A DNA stretch of 64,000 nucleotides, taken from the NCBI GenBank assembly GCA_028864975.1, contig JAGWLG010000012.1, forward strand, positions 1 to 64,000. The letters are read 5' to 3'. The notes beneath the pieces were generated by a model. It saw nothing but the letters and a program-made list of their open reading frames with translations, made no database searches and was not told the origin of the DNA. The position numbers and the translations under genes were made by a program. The number at the start of each line of letters is the position of its first letter. Within the stretch, counting starts at the first letter, position 1. Shown piece by piece: positions 7,010-16,686 of this stretch. The stretch comes from Thermoplasmata archaeon. GTDB taxonomy: Archaea > Thermoplasmatota > Thermoplasmata > Lutacidiplasmatales > UBA184.

Positions 7010-10000
7010 TTACCTTCTACCACCGAACGGGTCAGGAGCCCGCTCGTCCTGCCCCGGACCCATAGGCTGGAGCGGGGCGACCGGGGCGGGAGCTGGACCG
7101 GGTGGTCCTGCCATCGGAGCGGGCTCGTAGGTCATCGCGGGGCCCGGCGTTGAAGCGGCCGCGTCCTCCTCATGGTGGTGGCGCGGCCCACGCTTGACCG
7201 CGAGCGCGATCAACAGAGCGGCCACCAGTACCACGACGATGAGGAGCAGGAAGGTGTCGGTCCACGAAAGCCCGAAGGGTCCCACATTGGGAGAGGGGGG
7301 CGGGGGAGGCGCACCGGTGACGGTGATCGTGATGCCCGCGGAGGCGGTGTGCCCCGGGCTCGCGCTGTCCGTTGCGGTCACGGTCACCGTGAAGCTCCCG
7401 GCAGACTGATACGTGTGGGAGACCGCGAGGCCGGACCCCGCCGCCGAGCCGTCCCCAAAGTTCCAGGAGTAGGTGTAGGGGGCGGTGCCTCCTGAGGCCG
7501 CCGCGGCAAAGTTGACCGACAACGGCGCGGCTCCAGACTGCGGCGCTGAGGTGATGGCCACCGACATCCCCGCGGAGGTCTGAGGGCTCACGTCGACCCC
7601 GAACTGCTTGCTGTAGTGCCCGCTCGCGGAGTCGTTCACGAATAGGGTGATCGTGTACTGTCCCAGAGCGGAGTAGATGTGCGACGGAGGGTTTCCCCCC
7701 GAAGTCGAGGCAGAGCCATCGCCCCACGTCCAAGCGATCGCGTAGGGGGAGGTCCCACCCGTCCCGGCACCTTGGCAAGCGACGTTCAGTGGGAGGTAGC
7801 CCGTCAGGGGGGTGCACGACCCTTGCCCTGAGAGCGGAGTGCCCGTCGTCCCTGTGACGTTGATCCCATGTCCCCTGATCAAGAGTGTGTGCTGGGGGGA
7901 GGCGCTGTCGGTAACATACAACGTTGGGAAGTATGGGCCCCCGGCGGTCGAGTAGGTGTAGGTGAAGCTCGGGTTCGCCCCGGACGTCGTCTGAGAAGCG
8001 CTGCCGTCCCCGAAGTTCCACACGTCGGTGTAGGGGCCGGTCCCGCCATTAACCGAGCCCGTGAACGACACTGAGAGGGGTGATGCCCCTGAGTTTGCTG
8101 ACTGAACGAAGGACGCCTGCAGCGGGACTGGTCCTGTGGTGACGCTGATAGCCGCGGTCTTGGTCTGGACCGTCGCCGGCCCGTTGGTCACCGTGACCGT
8201 CAGGGTCTCCGCTCCGGCCGCTGTCCCCCCGGTGAACCACGTGTCGGTGCTGTAGCCTGAGGCTGAGGTCACGTTGACCGACCCTTCCGTGCTCGAAGAG
8301 AGGGACCAAGTGTAATGGGTGTTGGTATAGAGCGGATTGCCGTACTGGTCGAGCCCCGTCGCGATGAAGGGCGAGGTGTCCAGGGTCCCCGTCGCAACGG
8401 TCGCCGTGGGAGGCGTCAGGGTCGCGCTTGTGAGGACCGGTGGCGGGAGCGAGCCCTTAACCACCTGCAGCCACGTGCACGAGGTGACCGTGTTCGGGGT
8501 GGGGCTCCCGTAGGTTACATTGAGGCAAACCGTAACGTTCCCTGGCTGCGGCCCGTTCGAATAAGCGACCGCAGTTCCCGAGGTCTTGTTCAGATTCCCC
8601 ACCAGGTTGAGAGCGTTCCATGCGAACGTGGCGGACGGTGGCCAGACCAAGCTCCCAGTGGAGGAGGTCGCCGTCGCGTTGAAGTAGACCACTTTGTTCA
8701 CGAGGGCTGTCGCCGTGGGGCTGGGTGTAACCGAGACGGTCGAGAGGGTGACCGTCGAGGTCACGGTGATGGCCGCGCAGGCCAGTAAGGTCACAGAGTT
8801 GTAGGTCGCGTTCTCACAGATGTGGCCGCCCCCAGCTGAGGACGGGGCGGTGTAAGTGACGCTCGAGCCGGTGCTCGGCGAGACGGAGCCAATAGAAGGG
8901 TTGGACCAGGCCCACGTGGCTCCCGTGATCGGGTTGCCGGAGGCATCGAGGGCGTTCGCCGTCAGGGAAACGGTACCACTAGTTTGGGAGGTGATCGGAC
9001 TGGGCGAGATCGCGGTCGACGTGAGCGTTTGTGCGCCCGTTCCCGTGTTGCACGGGACGCGGGGGTCATGGCACCGCCAGACCGGCTCCAAGGGGTTCCC
9101 CTCGGCCAGCTGGTCGTTCTGCTGCATCGGGAAGGTGGTGATCGCACCGATCGAGCTGCTGAAGCTCGTCGGGTTGACGTTCATTTCGACACGTTCCATG
9201 ACCGCCAAAACGTTGGAGGTGTTGAACGTCTGATGGACGATGTTCCCGCAGGTCCCGCTCGTGAGCCCACAGGAGGAGGGGTTGGGGTTGCCCGTCTTCA
9301 TCACGCTCGGGTCGGCGATCAGGACGAAGGGGAACCGGCGCCCGTTGTTGATGTGGTCGCCGCCGTTCTGACCGTTCTGCGTGTCATCCTGCGCCACGGC
9401 AATGACCGTGCTCTTCGCCCAGGCCGAGTTGTTCTCGATCGCGTTCACGACCAAGTTCATCGATTGGTCGTTCCACTGGATGCACTGGGCATCCGTGAAC
9501 GCGGAGCCGCAGGACGAACCGGGGTGGTCATCGAATAGCTCGACGAAGGAGTAGGTGGGGAGCCCGTAGTCGCTTAGGAAGCTGATGTACGAGTAGGCGG
9601 ACCACTGGTCCAAGAGAGGGGACTGAGCGTTGCAGGTATACTGACAGTCCCAGAGCATCTCGGGGATGCCAGTAGCAGGGTTGGTGGTGGGGGGGATGGC
9701 GCTCACGGACGAACCGTTGGTCCAGAATCCGTTCGAACCTGTACAGGAGGTGTATTCCACGGCCTTGCTGTTGCCGGGGAGGCTGCCCGGGATGCCGCCC
9801 GTCCGAGCGACGGAGCAAGAGGCCCCGCTCAACATCCACATCCAGTCCTCCTCCGAGAGGAAGGGGATCGGTCCGCCAGACTGCTTCACATTAGCACCAG
9901 TGAATCGGTCGAAGATGGTCCCGTCGGGCGGGTAGGTCTGGGACCCACTGTTAGGGGAGAACGAGCACGATCCTTTGACGACGTTCGAGGAGTTGTAGAC

Positions 10001-10519
10001 CCCCCACTCTGTCCCGGACCCGGTCCCTTGGACACTGCTCGCGCAGCTGTCGCTGCCTCCGTTCACATCTGCGGAAATGAGGTAGGCGTGGGCCTGGGTG
10101 GAGTAGGGATCAATGGAGGAATACATGTTGTCGAAGACCGTCCCCTTTTGCCCCCAAGAGTGGAGGAACGGGGTGTCAGTTACGTGGGACCCGCTGGCCC
10201 CTCCGTTGTACCCTCCGGCGGTGTAGTCCGCGCCATAGTTGCAGGTTTTGTTGATCGTGGAGTGACAGTCGCCGAGGTAATCGTCGAAGACGTGGTTCTC
10301 GCGCACGATGTAGACGAAGTGGGTGAGGTTGCTCGGGAAGAGCGGGAGCCCGCTGACCAGGGGTGTCAGGTCGGCGGGTGCGGTTCCCCTTCCGGGTGCA
10401 GCGGCCAATGCGACGTCAGGAGCAGAAGTCCCCTGGGCCGACCCCGCGAACGCGGAGGTCAGCATCACGAAGGCGACGATTACCGCAAGGCCAGCCCAGA
10501 GTCGCAGGGGAATCCTCAT
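7010..10519 (-). CDS. Membrane-anchored secreted phosphoesterase (AcpA/PLC-like) with Ig-like and 3 PKD domains
   Basis: Signal peptide; IVRENHVFDDYLG; DDHPG; QDDTQNGQNGGDH; three WNFGDG/WTWGDG PKD motifs; C-terminal TM and Pro-rich tail. Confidence 0.85.
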   Translation of the reverse strand: MRIPLRLWAGLAVIVAFVMLTSAFAGSAQGTSAPDVALAAAPGRGTAPADLTPLVSGLPLFPSNLTHFVYIVRENHVFDDYLGDCHSTINKTCNYGADYTAGGYNGGASGSHVTDTPFLHSWGQKGTVFDNMYSSIDPYSTQAHAYLISADVNGGSDSCASSVQGTGSGTEWGVYNSSNVVKGSCSFSPNSGSQTYPPDGTIFDRFTGANVKQSGGPIPFLSEEDWMWMLSGASCSVARTGGIPGSLPGNSKAVEYTSCTGSNGFWTNGSSVSAIPPTTNPATGIPEMLWDCQYTCNAQSPLLDQWSAYSYISFLSDYGLPTYSFVELFDDHPGSSCGSAFTDAQCIQWNDQSMNLVVNAIENNSAWAKSTVIAVAQDDTQNGQNGGDHINNGRRFPFVLIADPSVMKTGNPNPSSCGLTSGTCGNIVHQTFNTSNVLAVMERVEMNVNPTSFSSSIGAITTFPMQQNDQLAEGNPLEPVWRCHDPRVPCNTGTGAQTLTSTAISPSPITSQTSGTVSLTANALDASGNPITGATWAWSNPSIGSVSPSTGSSVTYTAPSSAGGGHICENATYNSVTLLACAAITVTSTVTLSTVSVTPSPTATALVNKVVYFNATATSSTGSLVWPPSATFAWNALNLVGNLNKTSGTAVAYSNGPQPGNVTVCLNVTYGSPTPNTVTSCTWLQVVKGSLPPPVLTSATLTPPTATVATGTLDTSPFIATGLDQYGNPLYTNTHYTWSLSSSTEGSVNVTSASGYSTDTWFTGGTAAGAETLTVTVTNGPATVQTKTAAISVTTGPVPLQASFVQSANSGASPLSVSFTGSVNGGTGPYTDVWNFGDGSASQTTSGANPSFTYTYSTAGGPYFPTLYVTDSASPQHTLLIRGHGINVTGTTGTPLSGQGSCTPLTGYLPLNVACQGAGTGGTSPYAIAWTWGDGSASTSGGNPPSHIYSALGQYTITLFVNDSASGHYSKQFGVDVSPQTSAGMSVAITSAPQSGAAPLSVNFAAAASGGTAPYTYSWNFGDGSAAGSGLAVSHTYQSAGSFTVTVTATDSASPGHTASAGITITVTGAPPPPPSPNVGPFGLSWTDTFLLLIVVVLVAALLIALAVKRGPRHHHEEDAAASTPGPAMTYEPAPMAGPPGPAPAPVAPLQPMGPGQDERAPDPFGGRR

Positions 10520-10557
10520 GAAGGACCTCACCAGACAGTGCGCCGATTTTTCCCGTC

Positions 10558-10565
10558 ATATATAA
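10558..10565 (-). promoter_or_regulatory. TATA box (TTATATAT) of the phosphoesterase gene
   Basis: Canonical archaeal TATA about 40 nt upstream of ATG 10519. Confidence 0.6.
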
Positions 10566-10709
10566 CTGAGGTCTGAGGCGAGACAACACCGGTGCCGGTT
10601 TATGATAGGCCCGGGCGATTTTCGGTCCGAAGACCGTCAGGAGGACCCGGGGAATCAAGGCAAGGGCGGGTCCCGGGCGGTGGTTCGCTCCCTGAAAGCC
10701 CTCTTAGGA

Positions 10710-12071
10710 TCATCTCGCGTTAACGAACCGCTTTCGCGAACGATAGCGCCCGCGTCCTTTCATCGCGCGATGCTCGCGATGCTCCGGCTCGGTCCGTTCC
10801 CCGTCAGGCTTTCGGCGGCGGGGGGACAGCAGGACGAAGAAGGCCGACGCGGCCAAGAGCCCCGCGACGGCCGAGAGCGCGATCACGCTCACCAGCGCCC
10901 AGTTCGTCCCCGTGGCGCCACAGAGGCCCTGACCGTCGACCCCCGGAACGTCCGCGGACGACAGGCCCGCGTCGGTGGTGTACCACATGACCCCATCGCC
11001 CGACGCCACTCCCCAGGTGGTGTTGTAGAAGGAGAACGAGTAGATCTCTGGTATCTGGGGGACACCTTCCTCCACCCAACAGCTGCCCGCATCCGAAGTG
11101 TAGAACAGGTTGGCGTCCTCCGCTCCGACCCAGCCGTATCTTCCCTGCTCGACGAACAGAGCATGCGACCGCTGACCCGAGGTCAGTTGGGTGCCCGACC
11201 AGTTCGTCCCGTCGGAGCTCTCGAACAGCATGTCCTTCACCCCGAGCATCCAAGCGCTCGTGGGCCCGAGGGCGGCGATCGCGCTCGAGACGGTCCCCTG
11301 GCCTCCAGTGACGCCCGCCTCCCACGTCGCGCCCCCGTCCGAGGTGTAATACACCTGCCCGGGCGAAGGTCCGCCCTCGATCCACCCATGATCGGGGTCG
11401 AAGAACGCCACGCTCCGGAGCTGGTCCCCCACCGGCGACGCGACCCCGGACCAGGTGTTGCCGCGATCTCGGCTGGTGAAGAGACCCTGAGAGGTCCCCG
11501 CGTAGGCGAACCATGAATCGGCGAGATCCGGGAAGGCAAGTGTGGTGATGTTGCCGCTGAGTCCGGCCACTTGGAGGATCGACCATGAGAGTCCCTGGTC
11601 GAGGGAGCGCAGCACCACGCCCGAGTTGCCGGCCGCCCAGAGGGTTCCCGAGGGGTCTCGGGCGAGGGTCAGGAGGCTGGTGGAAGCGACAGGGTCGGGG
11701 ACCGACCCCCAGCTACGTCCTCCGTCGGTCGACCGGAGGATCGTGGCCTGGTAACCCACCGCCACAAGGACCTTTGCAGAGACATAGGTCACGGAAGAGA
11801 GTACGGTCTGCGCAGAGCTGACGTTCGTCGGGACCTGCGCGAAGGTCCAACCACAGCTCGAGCTGTTGCAGAAAGGCACGGCCGCATCGGCGGTGGCGGG
11901 AGCCGGCGAAAGAACGAAGATCACCGCGAGGAGCATCGCGAGGGCCAGGGACCTCCGGGCTCCCCTCGGCTCCGCGGGCCGAGAGCTGGCAGGGCGCCAC
12001 AGGTGCGGGGACCCATGGACCCGACAGGAAGGAAGAGGTAGGATCGGCTGATCCCTTGTCTTCCCCACCAT
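10710..12071 (-). CDS. Membrane-anchored BNR/YCF48-like beta-propeller protein
   Basis: Repeated S-x-D-x-G-x-[ST]-W Asp boxes (STDGGRSW, SLDQGLSW, SRDRGNTW, TSDGGATW), a signal-like hydrophobic segment and a C-terminal TM. Start trimmed to ATG 12071 with GGAG upstream. Confidence 0.8.
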   Translation of the reverse strand: MVGKTRDQPILPLPSCRVHGSPHLWRPASSRPAEPRGARRSLALAMLLAVIFVLSPAPATADAAVPFCNSSSCGWTFAQVPTNVSSAQTVLSSVTYVSAKVLVAVGYQATILRSTDGGRSWGSVPDPVASTSLLTLARDPSGTLWAAGNSGVVLRSLDQGLSWSILQVAGLSGNITTLAFPDLADSWFAYAGTSQGLFTSRDRGNTWSGVASPVGDQLRSVAFFDPDHGWIEGGPSPGQVYYTSDGGATWEAGVTGGQGTVSSAIAALGPTSAWMLGVKDMLFESSDGTNWSGTQLTSGQRSHALFVEQGRYGWVGAEDANLFYTSDAGSCWVEEGVPQIPEIYSFSFYNTTWGVASGDGVMWYTTDAGLSSADVPGVDGQGLCGATGTNWALVSVIALSAVAGLLAASAFFVLLSPRRRKPDGERTEPEHREHRAMKGRGRYRSRKRFVNAR

Positions 12072-12079
12072 ATTGACTC

Positions 12080-12709
12080 CTATCGGCCGGGGACGTCTCC
12101 CCAGAGCACCTTGTGTGTCTGGAGCATGAGCCTCACCTTCAAGCGGTCCTGGAGGACCCAGTCCGCGATTGCTCCGGCCGGCGATCCCCAGACGGGCTGA
12201 ATGACGGCCTGGGCCTTGCTCTGGTGCCGCTGCAGCACCGCCTTCGCATAGTCGTAGTCCGCCCGGTCGGCTACGACGAACTTCAGCACATCTCGGCGGC
12301 GAAGACGAGGGAGGTTCTCCCAGTGCATGCGTCGTTCCATTTTCGAGGATGGGCACTTCACATCGACACTGAGATGGGTCCGGGGGAACGGCAGGTAGGG
12401 GCCAACGTCGAGCGAACCTCCTGTCTCGATCGTTGTATCGTACCCTCGCCGGGCGAGCTCCCGCACCAACTTCACGCTCTCTCGCTGGAGGAGGGGCTCG
12501 CCGCCGGTGAGACATGCGTGGCGGGTGCCATGGCCCTCGACCTCCTCGAGGATCGAGGAGAGCGTCCGCTCCTCTCCTGGACCGAAAGAGTACGGCGTGT
12601 CGCACCACGTGCAACGAAGATTGCACCGTGCCGTCCGGATGAAGCTCGTGCGGACCCCGGTCAGGGGGCCCTCCCCCTGAAGCGAGTGGAAGATCTCGAT
12701 GATGCGCAT
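12080..12709 (-). CDS. queE: 7-carboxy-7-deazaguanine synthase (radical SAM)
   Basis: EIFHSLQGEG, CNLRCTWCDT (CxxxCxxC), LTGGEPLLQ, IETGG, QTHKVLWG. Confidence 0.9.
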   Translation of the reverse strand: MRIIEIFHSLQGEGPLTGVRTSFIRTARCNLRCTWCDTPYSFGPGEERTLSSILEEVEGHGTRHACLTGGEPLLQRESVKLVRELARRGYDTTIETGGSLDVGPYLPFPRTHLSVDVKCPSSKMERRMHWENLPRLRRRDVLKFVVADRADYDYAKAVLQRHQSKAQAVIQPVWGSPAGAIADWVLQDRLKVRLMLQTHKVLWGDVPGR

Positions 12710-12762
12710 GGTGGAGCGAGCGGGAAGCCGGGGGCTTTCCCCTCGAATCCATCGGGAGCAAC

Positions 12763-12768
12763 TTATAG
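12763..12768. promoter_or_regulatory. Candidate TATA element between divergent queE and leuS
   Basis: TTATAG about 30 nt before leuS ATG 12797, the spacing expected for a leaderless transcript. Confidence 0.45.
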
Positions 12769-12796
12769 TCGCGGGGTCCCCGGAGCCCCGCCGACC

Positions 12797-15733
12797 ATGA
12801 CGGGGGAGATCGAATCCCGAGAGCGGGCGTGGCAGGCCCGATGGAAGGAGGTCGGTCTCGGGAAGGCCCGAGCGCAGCCCGGTCACCCGAAGTTCTCCCT
12901 GGTCTTCGCCTACCCCGGTACCTCCGGGTTCATGCACGTCGGGCACATGCGCGGCTACACCTTCGCCGACATGATCGCCCGGTTCCACCGGATGAAGGGC
13001 GAGGAGGTCTTCTTCCCCGCCGGGATCCACGCGAGCGGACTGCCGGCCGTCATTTTTGCGGGGAAGGTGGCGCGACGCGACCCCGACACGATCGAAGGTC
13101 TCAAGCACTGGGGGGCGCGCGACGAAGACCTTCCGGGGCTCGAGGACCCCGCAACCGCCTCCCGCTTCCTCGCTCGCACCTACTGGAAGGTCTGGGAGCG
13201 CTTCGGACTGATCCTGGACGAGAGCGCCAACGTCTCCACGATCGACTCGGACTACCAGCAGTTCATCCGATGGCAGTTCCTGCGGCTGGAGCGGCTCGGG
13301 CGCCTCGTTCAGAAGCCCTACTTCGCGGCCTTCTGTCCGCGCTCGGGCCCGGTGAGCGTCGACCCCTCCGAGACCGACCTCGAGCGGGGCGGGAACGCGG
13401 AGATCGTGGCGTATACGGCCCTTCCCTTCCGACTTCCTGACGGACGGTTCCTCCTGTGCGCCACGTTGCGACCCGAGACGGTGTACGGGGCCACCAACGT
13501 CTGGGTCCCGACGGAAGGCTCGCTCTTCGAATGGAGTCACGACGGTCGCACGTACCTTGTCAGCGAGACCGGGCGAGAGAAGCTCCTCGAACAGGTGGGA
13601 GGGGAACGGGGCGCGGACGTCGCCGTGGACGCTCTCATCACTCAGGAAGTGGAGGCACCGCTCACCGGAGAGAAGATGCGCTTGCTGAAGAGCCCGCTCG
13701 TGGACCCCCACGTCGGGTCGGGGGCGGTGATGTCGGTCCCCGCCCACGCCCCCGCGGACTGGGTCGCGGTGCAGGAGCTTGAGGAACCGACGCGAAGTCT
13801 CCTGGCCTCCCACGCCAAGGTGCTGCTGACACTCCCCGAAGAGAGTCTCGCCCCCTCCGAACGAGAGCTCTTTCGAGGCGACGGGCCCCCCGCAGCCCAG
13901 GCGGTGCGCTCTCTCGGGGTCAAGGGGCTCTCCGACACCGAGAGGCTCCAGGAGGCCACGGAGCGGGTGTATCGCGCCGAGCACGCCCACGGCGTCATGA
14001 CCGTCCTCGGCCATGAAGGGGAGAGCGTGCAGCGTGCCCGCGAACGGGTCGCGGAGGCGGCGCTCGCTCGCGTCGGGGCGGTGGAGATCCGGGAGTTCTC
14101 CGAACCGGTCGTCTGCCGATGCGGAGAGACCGTGATCATCCGAAAGGTTCCGGACCAATGGTTCCTCGCCTATGGCAACGGCGGGTGGAAGGACCAGGTC
14201 CGAGCCCACCTGCGAGGGATGTCGGTCTACCCGGCAGAGTACCGGGACGAGCTTCCCCGCATCCTGGACTGGTTCGAGGACCGCCCCGCGGTCCGTCGAG
14301 GGAAGTGGTTGGGCACCCCCTTCCCCAAGGACCCGCGCTGGATCATCGAACCGATCGCCGACTCGACCTTCTACCCCGCGTACTACGTGGTCCGACGCTT
14401 CGTCTCCGCCGGGAAGCTCAAGGTAGAGGAGCTTACCCCCGAGTTCTTCGACTACGTCTTCCGAGGCGAGGGGGATGGAGGGGGCCACGTAGGCTCGGAC
14501 CTTCTGGAGGAGGTACGCCGGGAGTTCCTGTACTTCTACCCCCTGGACCTCAACCTCGGCGGCAAGGAACACAAGCGGGTCCACTTCCCTCCTTTCCTCT
14601 ACAACCACGTGGCCCTCCTCCCCCCCGAGCTCTGTCCCCGCGGGATCTTTGTGAACTGGTGGATCACCCGCGACCAGGCCAAGGTCTCGAAGAAGGACAT
14701 CAAGGGCGGGGCGCTCCCGACGGTGGACCGGGCCCTTTCCGACCTTGGGGCCGACGGGCTCCGCCTCTACTACGCGATCGCTTCCACGTCCTCCCAGGAC
14801 ATCGAGTGGGACCTTCCTTCGGCGGAACGGTACGCCGAGCGCGCCCAGGAGGCGCTCAGGTCCGTTCGGCCCCTCCTGGAAGGGCTGAGCTCGTGGACCC
14901 TCCCTTCGCTCGAGCTCTCGACCCACGTGGACCGATGGTTCTCGAGCGCCCTCGCGGGGGCCACGCGGCGCGCACGGGAAGCGTTCGAGGAGAACGACCT
15001 GCGTAGCGCGGCGGAAGTGGTCTACGTCGAGATCCCAGGCCTGATACGGAGGTACCGCGCCAAGGGCGGCAAGGAGGCGACGTTGCTGCGGGGGGCGGGG
15101 AGCCTCTGGGTCCGACTCCTCTCCCCCATCACCCCCCATCTGGCCGAGGAGGCGGCGAGCAGCTCGGGGCTGGGCCTCGTGGCGACAGCCCCCTTCCCCG
15201 GACCTGACGTCCTCCCGATCTTCCCGGAAGCGATGGCCCGGGAGGCGATGGTCGACCTGCTGGAGGACGATGTGCAGTCCTTGCTCAAGGCCTGGAAGAG
15301 CCCGGTGGCCGAGCTACGGGTCTTTGTGGCCTCGGGATGGAAGACCGAGGCGGAACGCGCCTTGTTGGACGCTTTCCGAGGGGGGACGGCGCACGACCTT
15401 GGGAGCGTGATGAAGGTCCTGCGGACGCATGAGACCCTGAAGTCCCACCTTCCTGACCTGCCTGCGTGGCTCAAGCTCTACGACCTTCGTGAGCTCGCCG
15501 TGGCATCGTCGAAGCGTGGCCCTCCTCTTGCTCCCGCGGAGGAACAGGCCCTGTGGAACGAGTCTGTGCCTTACCTTCGAGAGCGCTTCGGTCTGGCGAC
15601 GGTCTCGGTCCTGAAAGAGGAGGACGCTGCTTCGGCGGATCCTAAGGGGCGACGGCTAAGGGCTCGCCCAGGTCGTCCGGCGCTCTTCTTGGTCGAGCCT
15701 GCGACCAAAGGGCTGCTCCCGGGCCCCCGGTGA
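12797..15733 (+). CDS. leuS: Leucine--tRNA ligase, archaeal type
   Basis: HVGH (HIGH), CP1 editing motifs TLRPETVYG and GSGAVMSVPAHAPAD, EFLYFYPLD, KVSKK in place of KMSKS, C-terminal ARPGRPALF. Confidence 0.95.
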   Translation: MTGEIESRERAWQARWKEVGLGKARAQPGHPKFSLVFAYPGTSGFMHVGHMRGYTFADMIARFHRMKGEEVFFPAGIHASGLPAVIFAGKVARRDPDTIEGLKHWGARDEDLPGLEDPATASRFLARTYWKVWERFGLILDESANVSTIDSDYQQFIRWQFLRLERLGRLVQKPYFAAFCPRSGPVSVDPSETDLERGGNAEIVAYTALPFRLPDGRFLLCATLRPETVYGATNVWVPTEGSLFEWSHDGRTYLVSETGREKLLEQVGGERGADVAVDALITQEVEAPLTGEKMRLLKSPLVDPHVGSGAVMSVPAHAPADWVAVQELEEPTRSLLASHAKVLLTLPEESLAPSERELFRGDGPPAAQAVRSLGVKGLSDTERLQEATERVYRAEHAHGVMTVLGHEGESVQRARERVAEAALARVGAVEIREFSEPVVCRCGETVIIRKVPDQWFLAYGNGGWKDQVRAHLRGMSVYPAEYRDELPRILDWFEDRPAVRRGKWLGTPFPKDPRWIIEPIADSTFYPAYYVVRRFVSAGKLKVEELTPEFFDYVFRGEGDGGGHVGSDLLEEVRREFLYFYPLDLNLGGKEHKRVHFPPFLYNHVALLPPELCPRGIFVNWWITRDQAKVSKKDIKGGALPTVDRALSDLGADGLRLYYAIASTSSQDIEWDLPSAERYAERAQEALRSVRPLLEGLSSWTLPSLELSTHVDRWFSSALAGATRRAREAFEENDLRSAAEVVYVEIPGLIRRYRAKGGKEATLLRGAGSLWVRLLSPITPHLAEEAASSSGLGLVATAPFPGPDVLPIFPEAMAREAMVDLLEDDVQSLLKAWKSPVAELRVFVASGWKTEAERALLDAFRGGTAHDLGSVMKVLRTHETLKSHLPDLPAWLKLYDLRELAVASSKRGPPLAPAEEQALWNESVPYLRERFGLATVSVLKEEDAASADPKGRRLRARPGRPALFLVEPATKGLLPGPR

Positions 15734-15743
15734 GCGCCCGACC

Positions 15744-16121
15744 CTAGCTTCCCTCAGATCCCTTCGCAGCCGAGGCCGTTCCGGACCCGCCCTGGCTCAC
15801 GCAGGGCGGGGGTTGGTGCGGGGGGCATGTGGGCCTGTAGCCATTCCCCGTTGGCGGTGAGCCGGTGCCGTTAGGTCCGGGGGGTGGGGGAGGCGGGGGA
15901 CAGAAAGGGGGAGAAAGTCCTGTACCGTTGCCATGGATGGATTGTGCCGATGTGCCGTTCCCCTCAGGGGGTGGCAAGGGAGGTGGACGGCATGGCGGCG
16001 GACTCGGCGACACGTTTTGCGGGCCGCTCGTCCCATTGGAGGGTGGCGGGGGGGGCGGAGGACAACAAGGAGGAGGAGGAGGCTGGACGGCATCAGGCTC
16101 GCAACCCGGGCAGATGCTCGG
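15744..16121 (-). other. Open Pro/Cys-rich repeat reading frame lacking an upstream start codon
   Basis: 125 sense codons between TAG (16124-16122) and TAG (15744). Four C-x-Pn-x-NGT-like units. The first start-type codon is GTG 16013, inside the repeats. Confidence 0.45.
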
Positions 16122-16623
16122 CTACGACTTGCTCGAGCCTTCCCTTGCGGTGCAGAACGAGGACGATCGCCAGGACATAGACCCCAAGGACCCCCGCAGC
16201 GATCGCGGCGTACAGCCAGTGCGCCGTGAGGAGTAGGGCGGCCGCGTCCGCATACGCGAGCCCGAGCAGGGTCCCGCTAGCCACTCGAACGGAGTTCCGC
16301 GACTCGTAGTTGCCCAGGGACTGCCGAGTCCAGTCCCCTGCCGCCCACAGCGGAGCCAAGGCCGCGAAGACCTGGACCCGCGGTGCGAGGGATGGAAAGC
16401 CCTGGGAGGACGCGAGGAACCACAGCCCCGCGAACAACAGCAGGCCTAGGGCCGCGCCGAAGCATCGTGCGCAGAGACGTACCGAACACGAGGTCCCTGG
16501 TACGCAGAGGGTCCGCGGGTATCGTTCAGGGCGGTGATGGGAGAGGATGAAGCCGATCCCCGCAGGGCGTGGGGCAAGGTCGTTCGCGGTGGAGGGGGAG
16601 GACCTGCGAGCGCCCACGATCAT
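16093..16623 (-). CDS. DUF2085-like membrane protein
   Basis: HHRPER...LCARCFG...DWTRQ...ESRNSVRVASGTLLG with 4-5 TM segments. Confidence 0.8.
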   Translation of the reverse strand: MIVGARRSSPSTANDLAPRPAGIGFILSHHRPERYPRTLCVPGTSCSVRLCARCFGAALGLLLFAGLWFLASSQGFPSLAPRVQVFAALAPLWAAGDWTRQSLGNYESRNSVRVASGTLLGLAYADAAALLLTAHWLYAAIAAGVLGVYVLAIVLVLHRKGRLEQVVAEHLPGLRA

Positions 16624-16686
16624 GCGTACCCCGCGGGGAAGACCGAGCTGCGCCCTTGAAATAGGCCTTCGGGGCTACGCGACCCC

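Noticed and set aside
10710-12761. 683-aa version of the BNR propeller protein
   Set aside because: The N-terminal 229 codons overlap queE in another frame. ATG 12071 has an SD and is followed by the signal-like segment.
12080-15139. 1,019-aa minus-strand ORF
   Set aside because: Only the last 210 codons are QueE. The rest is the antisense shadow of leuS.
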